DNA of 63,976 bases, counting the filler, from Octopus bimaculoides (Eukaryota): NCBI RefSeq assembly GCF_001194135.2. It is 8 parts of 6 records of this genome, joined end to end, with 100 filler letters (N's around TTAATTAATTAA, not from the genome) between each part and the next. Parts side by side here need not be neighbours in the genome. Positions count along the whole stretch, not along the records: positions 51,205 to 61,146 come from NC_068981.1; positions 61,247 to 62,816 come from NC_068985.1; positions 62,917 to 63,976 come from NW_026403109.1; 5 more parts are not named here. One strand, written 5' to 3'. Below, one piece after another: positions 52,440-63,976 of the stretch. The position numbers and the translations under genes were made by a program. Numbering within the stretch: position 1 is the first letter of the stretch; each line of letters begins with the position of its first letter. The notes beneath the pieces are model-generated. The model saw nothing but the letters and a program-made list of their open reading frames with translations, was not told the DNA's origin and did not search any database.

Positions 52440-52860
52440 CTGAAGCACCAACTCTCAGTGTTTTAGGTCTCCTTTAGGTACTGCTTTTTGGTGAAGGAGT
52501 GAGTTGGACGAAACTGCTCTTCTTTCTGCTTCCTGCCGCAATGTGGGCTTATCTGGGATTTCAGATACAAATTTGTCCAGGTACTCTTTGAATGTTTCCA
52601 CATCTACACCTAGCACAACCCGTAGGATCCTTGGCAGTACGTTAAACAGTTGTGACCCCATGAGGCCCAAGCTGTTGCAATACTGGGTCCTTGGTATAGT
52701 CTTTAATTCCAAAGTTGGAAGCGAGACCGTTGAGGACCTTCCATATGTATATCACTGCATACCTTTCCCGATTTCTCTCTAGGGATTGGAGATTCAGTTC
52801 TTGTAGCTTCTCCCGTGGCTCACCTGTTTCCTATCAAGCGCCTAGAGGGAGTTAGTGCAG
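52440..52860 (-). mobile_element. LINE ORF2 3' end (CR1/Jockey-like group)
   Basis: RTQYCNSLGLMGSQLFNVLPRILR...FKEYLDKFVSEIPDKPT...SSNSLLHQ. Confidence 0.7.
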
Positions 52861-52937
52861 ACTGGGCTAAGAGGGTGGCTTCTGGAAAACCCTATGTCTA
52901 GCAACAATTTCTGGAAAACCCTATGTCTAGCAACAAT

Positions 52938-53318
52938 TTCTGCGACAATACACCCCTAACATCTGGCCACATAACTCCACAGACTGCAACCTCCTTGGTT
53001 ATTATGTGTGGGGCACAGTTGTAACACAAAAGATGGACTGAAGGGGAGCAGTAGTAATACCAAAGATAAACTGAAGGCAAGGGTTTTGGTTGTATTCACC
53101 AACTTAAACATGAAAACCGCCCAGAAGAGTTGCAGGAGATTCCGAAGTTGTCTGGAGGCCGTGGTTGAAGCCAATGTCGATTTCATTGAATAGATTTACT
53201 CTTTAGTATTTCAAGATAATATTAATGTAATTTTGGTAAATATAACTGGTAAAATGTGATATCAGTGTCTTTTTCATTCTTGCGTAATTTAGACGACAAT
53301 TTATTCACTGCAGCCTGT
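52938..53318 (+). mobile_element. Tc1/mariner 3' fragment, same family as 44282-45105
   Basis: WPHNSTDCNLLGYYVWG, KSCRRFRSCLEAVVEANVDFIE*, and TIR tgcgtaatttagacgacaatttattcac. Confidence 0.85.
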
Positions 53319-53905
53319 GTGTACTTGCCAAATAATATATACAAAATGATCTCTCTCTCTCTCTCCCTTTCTGTCTTTCTCTCTATCTCTCTATCTCTCT
53401 ATCTATTTATCTCTCTATGCACATGTATTGAACTATGGGAGTATGTTTATGTACAAACATACACATAGATACCCACTTATGGATATGTACACATGTATCT
53501 ACATGCCTGTATACATGTGTGTGTGTTTGCGTGTGTGTGCTTGTGTGTATGTGTGTGTGTCTTTGTGTGTGTATGTGTGTTTTTGTACTTGCTTATATGT
53601 GTATATGTATACGTACACTGAGATGTGAAATTTTGAGAGAAAGATGTAGTCTTAAAAAATTACGTAATTTTACTTTAAAGTATAGCATTACTGTTTATGA
53701 ATGATTTTCCGTAAATTACAGCTTGTATAGATAAATTTCGTGATTTTATCATAACGCCTTTGATTTTTTATAACGATACTTACGTTAAACATGCTATATT
53801 TAATTCTGATACGTACGCTCAAATAGAAAACAACTACTTTTCAAATATTAGAATCCAATAACCACAAAAACGAACCACGTCATCAAACACTAGTTATTAT
53901 TATTA

Positions 53906-53949
<44 letters not shown>

Positions 53950-54091
53950 GGTTTATATGAATTCTTGTGCATTAAACGAAAAAGTCTCCAACCATTTCGT
54001 TTTTCGATAAGCTGGGGAATTATCATAAGATGAAGAATAGTATGAAATTTCTTATCGCTCGATATCACCTGCAGAAGCTGTAGAATTATTT

Positions 54092-54127
<36 letters not shown>

Positions 54128-54308
54128 TATGTATATATGTTTATGTATATANNNNNNNNNNNNNNNNNNNNNNNNNNNNNNNNNNNNNNNNNNNNNNNNN
54201 NNNNNNNNNNNNNNNNNNNNNNNNNNNNNNNNNNNNNNNNNNNNNNNNNNNNNNNNNNNNNNNNNNNNNNNNNNNNNNNNNNNATATATGTGTGTCTGTA
54301 TTTATATT

Positions 54309-54339
<31 letters not shown>

Positions 54340-54929
54340 ATATACGTACATATACATGCATACACACACACACATATATATATACATGTACATATTTATA
54401 CAAATGTCTACGTATGTATGTATCTCTATTATTTTTGACATGAGAGCCTGTACAAACTTACAGATCGATATCAATAATATCTATCAATGTCATATATAGT
54501 CATAAAACATATGTATAATAATATATTTATGTTAGTGGAAAATTGATCAATTACAAACTAACATTTTAAAGATATAAACTGATACACGCGATCATCAAAA
54601 AGCTGCAAATACTAAGCATACTGGGAATTAAACAAAGATGGAGTTTAAGGTATTTTGATTATTGTTAGTTTTTGTTTTTTAACGTCGTAACATAATATTG
54701 ATCTCTTGGTTGCGGAGGAAGCCACAATTCTCAGGGAAAGGAATTTGTCGATTAAATCGAATCCAGAATTTGTATGCTACTTATATTATCGACGTCTGAA
54801 GCATAGGTGTGATCATGATTAAACGTTTGTTTTGGCTGTATTCTTGTTTGAACAGTATCTGACGTGAAACGCTGTTATTGTCATTAATGGATGACATAGA
54901 TTTACATAAACCCCAGACAAATGTCAAGT

Positions 54930-56300
54930 GAAGACTAAACTTGGTTTGTGTGGGTGCTGATTTTGTAAATCACTGTAGAAAAAGACAGGAAGAACAACGG
55001 AACAAGTAGCATGAAAGAGATAGAAGTGTATGGCCAACTTATGCGACAAACCCAGGATGCTAGAGATAATTAATCGACAAAAACATTGGAAAAAATCTGA
55101 ATCGCTAACTATACCAACTCATGTTCAGGCTATTAGGACGAATTTGATAGAGGCGATGATTGGTAAAACACAGTCAGAGAGGAAATGAAGAATCTATGGG
55201 AAAAAAGACGAAAATATGTACTAAATGTCGATCGAAGTCTAAACTTAGTGCAGTTAGATTCTGATTTTGTAAATCATTCTAGAGAAAAACAGGAAAAACA
55301 ATGGAACAAGTAATTTGAGCGTTATATGAACAAGAGATACAAGTGCATGGCCAAATCATGCGACAAATCTCGGATGCTGGAGATAATTAATGCTGGTTGT
55401 GGCTGACTGACAAAATCATTGGAGAAAGAATCTGACTCGCCAATTATATCAACTCAAGATCAAGCCATTAGAACGAATTTGATAGAGGCACTGATTGGTA
55501 AAACACATTCAGAGAGCAAATGAAGATTCTGTCGGAAAGGAGACGAAAGTATTTATCGTCTCCTGGGGAATGCAGTAAGCTAGAACAAGAGTTTATTAGT
55601 GCAGTCATGACTTTTTCGTAAAATAGCGCATTGGGCTGTTTGCTGAGAGTGTGTACTCAGAGTAACAAAATAGCTATGTACACGAACTGGAGGTTTTGAT
55701 AGATTTTACGAATTGTAGGATTGTATGTGACATCTCCATAAATACTAACCATTCTGCTGAGCCAAGAAGACCGGTTATGATTAAAGTGTTTGAAACGAAC
55801 AAGTAGTGTAAGCTCAACTACACTGCATTATCTTATGACACTAAAATAGATATCAATGGAATAAAAAAAGAAATGAGAAATATCAGGACTGAGCCAGAGA
55901 GTTGAAGATATTGTGAAAGACTAAGACAAAAGTTATTCCTTTAGTATTTGGTAAACATGACACAACATTCAAAGAACTACCAAAACGGCTGAAGGATACT
56001 GAATTGATACTTGCATTGTCCACGGACAGTAAAGTGCAATCCTGGGTTCTGCGAAAATCCTAAAGCTTTCCTCCCCTAGATGTTTTTAATTTTGAATTGT
56101 CATCGATATTCCTGTAACTTTGCTTGTTTCCTGGTAAGGGTGCTGGTTCTCACGCAAACCCATTTTTATTCTGGGAAATGGTGGTCGTCATCAGTCTCCC
56201 CTCTATCTTTTGACCACTCCAGCATGGATGATTCTACCAAGGGCATGCACTCTGCTTGCATAGCTCTAAGTGTCACTGAGGTACACAATCACTCATACAG
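54930..56300 (+). mobile_element. Decayed R4/Dong-like LINE with internal tandem duplication
   Basis: HGQ.MRQ, QDQAIRTN and K.RFCRKGDE motifs each occur twice. The 3' region ends with a typical tail near 56280. Confidence 0.65.
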
Positions 56301-57235
56301 AAACTAGGTTCTGAGGAAAATTATATTAAAACGCGTCATACATTTTTCTTAGAAACGTCATCCTCATTATGCAGCGTCCATTTTTTTTACCCTTCAATAT
56401 GTCGAATTCCTATATACAAAATTCTTAGGCATTTCATTTTTTATCTTCTGGGAAGTTCTATTTTATAAGAAAGGTAAATCTATGTCAAAATTAGAAGAAT
56501 TAACTACTTATGTATTCGAGTTATTCATATTCACTAGCATTTGATATTTTATTTTACGTTTGTTCGACATTATAATCTGGTTTATTTTGTAAACTAAAAA
56601 GTTATACAAAAATCAGAAGAAAGTTTCATATATACATATATACATACATACGTGTATGTTTGTGTGCATATGCATGCGTGCCTGCGTGTGTGTGTTTAAT
56701 TATTTATAAATATATTGAGCTTTACCATTCTCTCTGGGATATTAATATTGATATACGACTCTTTGGTGATAAAATTAGCATTTTTATTATACTTTTAGAT
56801 CAACAAATGGTTATCGAATATAAATTAATGAATATATTTTACTTGATCAACGAACCCTTTTCCATAACGCAATATGTTCAGCCATCATATTCAACGATGG
56901 ATATGCTTCACTGATAAGGCCAGAATGATATCAGAATTTGATCGGAATAGTCTCCATAACTATTTTGCTCTTTTAATGACTTACTATTGTAGCGCATATC
57001 TAAGACTAATAGTATGAGGAGAGGAAAGAATCAAAACCCTTGTGGTAAACTTAAATGAGAAACTGTTCAGCGTTTCTGCAATAGAATGAAGTTCGCTAAA
57101 TATACTCTAAAACCATGAAGTGTTGCAAAAGATGTCAAAGGATATAGTCTGCATGACCAGAAAAGAGAAATAATATCATGAGTTTTCCTTGTACACATTT
57201 CTATTTATGATATTTAATTACCTATTCGTTGAATA

Positions 57236-57610
57236 CAGGCGCAGAAGTGGCTGTGTATAGGTGCAGGAGTGGCTGTGTGGTAAGTGGCTTGCTTACCAAC
57301 CACATGGTTCCGGGTTCAGTCCCACTGCGTAGCACCTTGGGCATGTGTCTTCTACTATAGCCTCGGGGCCGACCAAAGCCTTGTGAGTAAATTTGGTACA
57401 CAGAAACTGAAAAAATCCAGTCTTCTCGCTTGACAACCGAGGTTGGTGTGTTTACGTCCCTGTAACATAGCAGTTCAGCAAAAGATACCGATAGAATAAG
57501 TACTAGGCTTGCAAAGAATAAGTCCTGGAGGTTGATTTGTTTGACTAAAGGCGGTGCTCCAGCATGGCCGCAGTCAAATGACTGAAACAAGTACGAGAAT
57601 AAAAGAGAAT
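57236..57610 (+). mobile_element. SINE family B, full length with duplicated head
   Basis: gcagaagtggctgtgtatagg followed by gcaggagtggctgtgtggtaag, then the full body. Confidence 0.85.
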
Positions 57611-58141
57611 AACAGAGTAAAACAATAAAAGAATGTCAACAATGTCAGCATTTTTGCCTTTTTTTCCCTATCGTTTCAGTGGTGTGTGTAAGTAACGCTT
57701 CAGAGCATCCAAATTTTACTTGTATATTTTACAACGAGCCCTTTTCCATAATGCAATTTGTTCAAGTTGATCATCAGCAATCTTGAGTAATTGCATTGTG
57801 GCCTGGTAGGTGATATTTTGTACCCATGTTTCGATTCATGATCGGGCAGTTCGTCGTTGTCGACCAAGGAGACCTATATACTAAAGTACATACTAGCCCA
57901 GCGCTGATGCAATCATGTCTACTCCCAAGCTGGATATTCCTTTAGTGCCAACGTAGGGTGATGGGCGGTGTGTTCATGTTTGTTAGCGATGGCATAGTTA
58001 CCTAAAATAATTAGGGAAAACATAGTACATACAATAAGGTCATACTTATTTGTGATTGGGTTATTCTTTTAGACACGAAACGCTTGATGAAATTAATGAA
58101 TCTCTATCTCATTCTATTATTCTATTATTCTATTATTCTAT

Positions 58142-58532
58142 TACTTGTTTCAGTCAGTTGACTGCGGCCATGCTGGAGCACCACCTTTAGTTGAGCAAAT
58201 CGACCCCAGGACCTATTCTTTGTAAGCCTAGTACTGATTCTATGCGTCTCTTTTGCCGAACCGCTAAGTTACGGGCACGTAAACACACCACTACCGGTTG
58301 TCAAGCGATGTTGTGAGGACAAACACAGACAGACAAACATATACACACACATACATATATATACATATATACGACAAGCTTCTTTCATTTTCCGTCTACT
58401 AAATCCACTCACAAGGCTTTGGTCGGTCCGAGGCTATAGTAGAAGACACTTGCCCGAGGTGCCATGCAGTGGGAATGAACCCGGAACCATTTGGTTGGTA
58501 AGCAATCTACTTACCGCACAGCCACTCCTGCG
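58142..58532 (-). mobile_element. SINE family B, full length with internal microsatellite
   Basis: Reverse complement of family B with a CA/TA run at about 58320-58372. Confidence 0.9.
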
Positions 58533-59519
58533 CTATTTTCGACTTTCTGAAAATAGCAGCTAGAAATTACCTCATATAGTAGCCTACTATTATTATAAAG
58601 GAAAAGACACTTCAGATAACGCAGTATATCTAAACATACAAGAAGAGCCTTAATAAGAACAGGTTTCATAATTCGTCTTTTTTGGCATAGGCTAACCAGG
58701 ATTTAAAGAACAACGACAGACTACAGCGGACTTTTACCGCATTATAATTCTCCATTATATTCTCATGAATCTACAGTAATATTTATATTCACACGAAAAC
58801 ATTGCACATTAAAATGGCTACAAAGTAGAATTAAATAACAATGAAGATAGAATAGCTTTAAGTTTCCTTCACGTCAATCTGTTTTTCTTGCTAATAATAT
58901 TTACACATGATACTCATGAAATTTTCTGCTTATTGTGTTTCTTTTAACAATTTTGAATTTTACAACCTTCAATATTCTTTCTTATCAACTTTTTTTTAAT
59001 ACTAAAAACGCTATAATATTCACATATTTTACACAATAGCTTTACACATATTTAACTAAATCGATGATTCGTAAAGAATGTCTTACGTATAAAGAGATCA
59101 GAAATAAAAATTTCAATAGAAAATTTTTTTCTCTCGAATTGGGATATTGCATAAAATATCACACACAATGCTGGCAATGCAGCTTCCACTGATTCTAATC
59201 AACCATATACTATCAGCAATTTTGACGATTGTCCCAACTAAAATAGAGATAAAGGATTTGCAGCACACGCACACACGTATACACACACATACGCACATAC
59301 ACACACACAAATTTCAAAGACCAGTCATATGACTATCTTCTACCTGCCAAATCATATTCAAAACATACTAATTTGAGCCATGAATTCCATATTAAACCAG
59401 GGCAAAACTTCAAACACTAGTCAGAAGCAAGACAGCTGCGACATAAATCACATCTTTCTATCTGAACGTTTTGAAAATCAATGTAAACTGTGAAACCGGT
59501 TAAAACTTTAAATATATTT

Positions 59520-59915
59520 GGCTGTGGGGTAAGTAGCTTGCTTACCAACCACATGGTTCTGGGTTCAGTCCCACTGCGTGGCACCTTGGGCAAGTGTCTT
59601 CTACTATAGCCTCGGGCCGACCAAAGCCTTCTGAGAGGATTTGGTAGACTGAAACTGAAAGAAGCCCGTCGTATATGTATATATATATATATATGTATGT
59701 GTGTGTATATGTTTGTGTGTCTGTGTTTTTTCCCCCAACATCACTTGACAACCGATGCTGGTGTGTTTACGTCCCCGTAACTTAACGGTTCTGCAAAAGA
59801 GACAGATAGAATAAGTACTAGACTTCCAAAGAATAAGTCCTGGGGTCGATTTGCTCGACTAAAGGCAGTGCTCCAGCATGGCCACAGTCAAATGACAAAC
59901 AATTAAAAGAGTAAA
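59520..59915 (+). mobile_element. SINE family B, full length with internal microsatellite
   Basis: Family B with a TA/TG run at about 59672-59720. Confidence 0.9.
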
Positions 59916-59973
59916 ACAGTAAAAGAGTTAACTATTCTCTGTGCACTTTCAACTTCTATTTTCCCTATATATA

Positions 59974-60009
<36 letters not shown>

Positions 60010-60129
60010 TGTATGTATGTATGTATGTATGTATGCGTGTGTGTGTATGTATGTATGTATGTATGTATGCGTGTGTGTGTATCCACATGCTTGCGTATCG
60101 TGCCTTTTTTATTACCCTGCTTACTTGTT

Positions 60130-60640
60130 TCCGCCCCCGGTTAACGTAGGCGGTGTGGAACAAATAGCTTGAAAAGCTATTTTCTACAGCAAGAGTCATT
60201 TCTGTAGCCCTTCCTACAGGAATTGCTCTTGCTATAAAAATTCTCTGGTAATGTTACGGCACTTGACAGCTAAAAGAACTGTTTATTCCATATTGAAGCA
60301 ACCATGCGACTTAACAAGTTACTACTGTTGCGGAATTTGCGAAGCTTCAATCAATGGGGGCCTCTTCATATGTGCCAATTAATTGTGAAAAATAAAAGCG
60401 CAATGGTCAACAAGATCACCTTTGAAGAACTGGATTTGCCATTGAGAGATATGAGTAAAACCAATCGCATTCTGTATCAAATACCACTGCAGCTTGCAGC
60501 CAGTTTCTGTCAAATTTTGCAGGTGACTAATAAAGGTACAACAAATGAGCTTAATGCTTACCTCAAAGCGCCATCTCTCTCTGCTTCCCTGTCAGTTCAT
60601 TAATACTGTCAACTTATATGAGAACTGTTATTGAAATAAG
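60130..60640 (+). mobile_element. Helitron PIF1-like helicase fragment, decayed
   Basis: VALPTGIA, RTVYSILK and SAMVNKITFEELDLPLRD...LAASFCQILQV...NELNAYLK correspond to ASSGIAA, GRTAHS and MAHK.AFEALDRTLRD...GDFRQ.LPV...EVNACLK. Confidence 0.7.
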
Positions 60641-61146
60641 TGGGAAAACAGGTGGTTGTACCAATTTATTACTTTAAATTGGCTATAATAAATTCTCACC
60701 TGACAACGATTGATTAATACATATACAAATATGGAAATTAACTATCATAGTTAAATGAGATGACTTTCCAATTCTGTCCAAATATCCATCTCTCACTTCA
60801 ATGTTCACAAATAAATTTCAGAAACACGCATACTATTGCTCATAAATAAAGACGTAAATATTTCAAATATTTGAATCTTCTTCTGGGAGAGTTCATTACA
60901 TAGAAATCATTGGATATTAAACAAAATCTCTCTACATTAGTGAATAACCTCAGAACTTTAAATTCACATACCATTCAGGAATTCCAACGTAACAGCGAAA
61001 CTAAATGAAAGATATATATATTTGAAGGGTAAAGACTAAAAGAATATATGAATACACACACACGCACACACATATACGTGTGTGTATATATATACATATA
61101 TATACAAACATATATATCTATATAATGTATATATATATATATATAT

Positions 61147-61246
61147 NNNNNNNNNNNNNNNNNNNNNNNNNNNNNNNNNNNNNNNNNNNNTTAATTAATT
61201 AANNNNNNNNNNNNNNNNNNNNNNNNNNNNNNNNNNNNNNNNNNNN
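61147..61246. other. Artificial scaffold linker 6
   Basis: 44 N + TTAATTAATTAA + 44 N. Confidence 0.95.
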
Positions 61247-61288
<42 letters not shown>

Positions 61289-61707
61289 GCACGTGTGGAT
61301 TTGTGTATGCATACACATACAACTACAGCATCAATGATATTAATGGTGGACACATTTATTTAATCAACGGAATCTTTTATCATTGATAACTGTTGCTATA
61401 TTCTATAGCGCTAGGGTAAGATCTACCTATTATCCATTCGCTCGTTGAATCGTGTGTGGTGGTAGTTCACTGCCATTGCAATTCACATCTAATTGTGAAT
61501 GATAATCCTAGCAAAAATGCTACTTATCTCACAACATTGTCATATATAATTAATAACATGCAAATATCGTTTATCAGCAAAAGACGAATCACCAACAGAG
61601 CAGAAATACATAGATTACTATTTATTGAATTTGCTATCATAGTTGTCCTCCACCTTAACGTGGACAAGGAGCCCAAGCATATTGATTAAGAGGATTAACT
61701 ATAATAG

Positions 61708-61741
<34 letters not shown>

Positions 61742-61751
61742 NNNNNNNNNN

Positions 61752-61784
<33 letters not shown>

Positions 61785-62480
61785 CAGCAGCAGTAGCACC
61801 ACCACCACCAGTACAACTACCATGACACCAGATATAGCTGGGCAACATTGGGTTCTCATTTATTTATCTCGGATATCAGTCATAATCCCAACATTTTATT
61901 ACTGACACTAATCAGAAGCTGGTTCTTATTGTTATTGATGATGTTGCTATTGTTGTCTTCACGGTTGTTGTTGCTGTTGTTTCTGTCTTCTTGTTGCTTA
62001 GCTGTAATTTAACTCTCATTGAGAAAGCCTATAATAAACTGCATTCCGGCCACAGCCATCCAGTCTTTTATTTTTTCAATGTGGAGATAACTCAGGTTCA
62101 CATTAACCAACTCATACGCCCATTTCCTTTTCAAGGAGATTTGATTGCTATTTCGAGCAAGTTGACCAACCACGTAGACCCCCGCTTGGCGATACCTCTA
62201 AGCAGGTATCGCCAAGCTTTTGGCAAAAATTGATGCAGATTCTGTGCTCAGCTTTGTCATGGTCAATGCGACGATCACACGCTACGCACGTTCCTTCCAA
62301 GTACTTCTGTAAACAGTGGAAGTGAACTAGAACGTTAAAACTTAGTGCGCATGCACAGCAGAATTCAAGGTCAATCTGTGCCAGGTGGCTTCATTCTCCG
62401 TGCTTTAGCTTCGTTACTAAAGCAACAGTCCAGATACTTATTGATCAGACCACGTATGTAACAATATATAATACTATGTG

Positions 62481-62816
62481 TAAGGCGGCAAGCTAGCAGA
62501 ATGGATTTGCACGCCGGGTAAAATGCTTACCAATATTTCGTCTGCCTTTACGTTCTGAGTTCAAATTCTGCCGAGGTCGACTTTGCTTTTTATCATTTCA
62601 GGGTCGATGATAAAATAAGTACCACTTGAGCCCTGGTGTCGATGTAATGGACTTACCCCCACCCCTTATATTACTGGCCTTGTGCGATGCCAAAATTTGA
62701 AATCAATATATACGCGTAATACTCCTTTCTACTATAGTCAAGAAAGCCTAACGTTTTGAGGGAGGATACTAGTCGATTATATCGACCCCCAGCACTCAAC
62801 TGGTACTTTACGTTAT
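62481..62816. mobile_element. SINE family A plus-strand copy (62481-62700) and minus-strand partial copy (62720-62816)
   Basis: Matches to the family A head and body. Confidence 0.8.
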
Positions 62817-62916
62817 NNNNNNNNNNNNNNNNNNNNNNNNNNNNNNNNNNNNNNNNNNNNTTAATTAATTAANNNNNNNNNNNNNNNNNNNNNNNNNNNN
62901 NNNNNNNNNNNNNNNN
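62817..62916. other. Artificial scaffold linker 7
   Basis: 44 N + TTAATTAATTAA + 44 N. Confidence 0.95.
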
Positions 62917-63926
62917 TATGGTGTTGATGGCTTAACAGAACGCACATGTCAGAAATGGTTTTAAAAATTCCGTCCTGGAGATTTTTCATTCAAAGATGAC
63001 CAACGTTCTGGTTGACCTACTGAAGATGATGATGACCGGATCAAAGCCATAATTGAATCTAATTGCCATATAACTGTGCGAGAGATTGCAGAGAGGTTAA
63101 ATGTATCGCAAACAACAATTGAAAATCACTCAAAATGTCTTGGACTCGTTACGAATCTCGATATTTAGGTTTCACATAAATTGAAAGAGATTCATTTAAC
63201 ACAACGAATCAATATTTACGATATGCATTTCAAACACAATGAATTCGACCGTTTTTGAAACGAATCGTCACTGGTTATGAAAAATGTATTGTCTACAATA
63301 AATAACATCGATCGAAGACGATCACGTTCAAAGCGTAAACAACCCCAGCACAAACCACATCGGAAGTTGAATTGCATCAAAAAAGGTCATGCTGTCAATT
63401 TGGTGGGATTACAAAGGTGTTGTGTATTTTGAGCTGCTTCCAAGGAACCAAACGATCAATTCAGATGTTTACTGTCAACTACTAATGAAACTGGAAGAAG
63501 CAATGGAAGAAAAACGGCCATAATTGGCAAATCATAAAGGAATCATGTTCCACCATGACATCGTTAGACCATACACGTCATTGCTAGCTCGTAAAAAAAT
63601 TATTGGAGATTGGTTGGGAAGTGATGTCACATCCACCAAATAGACCTGACCTTGCACCATCAGATTACCGCTTATTTCGAAGTTTGCAAAATTTTTTGAA
63701 TGGTAAGACTTTCAATAACCATGATGACCTGAAATCTCACTTGCTATAGTTTTTGGTTGATAAGGACCAGACGTTCTACGAGAGCGGAATCATGAAGTTA
63801 CCAGAAAGATGGCAAAATGTCATCGAACAAAATGAAAAACAAATAATTGATTTAAGTTCATTCTTTGTATGAAAAAAAATTACTTTTATTTCACGCTAAG
63901 AAGACGAAATTACTTTCTTGCCAACA

Positions 63927-63930
<4 letters not shown>
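62917..63930 (+). pseudogene. Mariner transposase pseudogene with 3' TIR
   Basis: TCQKWF..FR.GDFS, IVTGYEKCIVY, KVMLSIWWDYKGVVYFELL, FHHDIVRPY, HPPNRPDLAPSDY and ERWQNVIEQN, with several stops and frameshifts. End aattactttcttgccaacaata. Confidence 0.93.
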
Positions 63931-63959
<29 letters not shown>

Positions 63960-63976
63960 GGTGTGTGTGTGTGTGT

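Noticed and set aside
52880-52937. 29-bp tandem duplication ttctggaaaaccctatgtctagcaacaat
   Set aside because: A simple local duplication at the LINE/Tc1 boundary with only two units, not an array.

Overview
Gap-rich, AT-rich, microsatellite-dense eukaryotic DNA. Its SINE repertoire looks like octopus (cephalopod), which is recall from memory rather than a database match. The window is a mosaic of eight pieces joined by seven identical artificial 100-bp linkers (44 N + TTAATTAATTAA + 44 N). The only clearly recognisable host coding sequence is one minus-strand exon of the exocyst subunit EXOC4/Sec8 (31330-31441), inside a CpG-depleted piece (22453-34201). The rest is mostly a transposon graveyard: tRNA-derived SINE families, RTE, R4/Dong-type and CR1/Jockey-like LINE fragments, Penelope-like elements, mariner/Tc1, Tigger, Buster-type hATs, a Merlin element and a Helitron fragment. 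The best second-look items are hammerhead-ribozyme motifs in a dispersed repeat, a Merlin element inside a Penelope fossil, an in-frame mini hAT transposase, a segment-specific CpG-decay footprint and several unexplained hairpins or splice-flanked islands. I found no support for a wholly new multi-gene system. Nearly all ORFs in the supplied track are microsatellite or gap artefacts. Most repeat boundaries are approximate.
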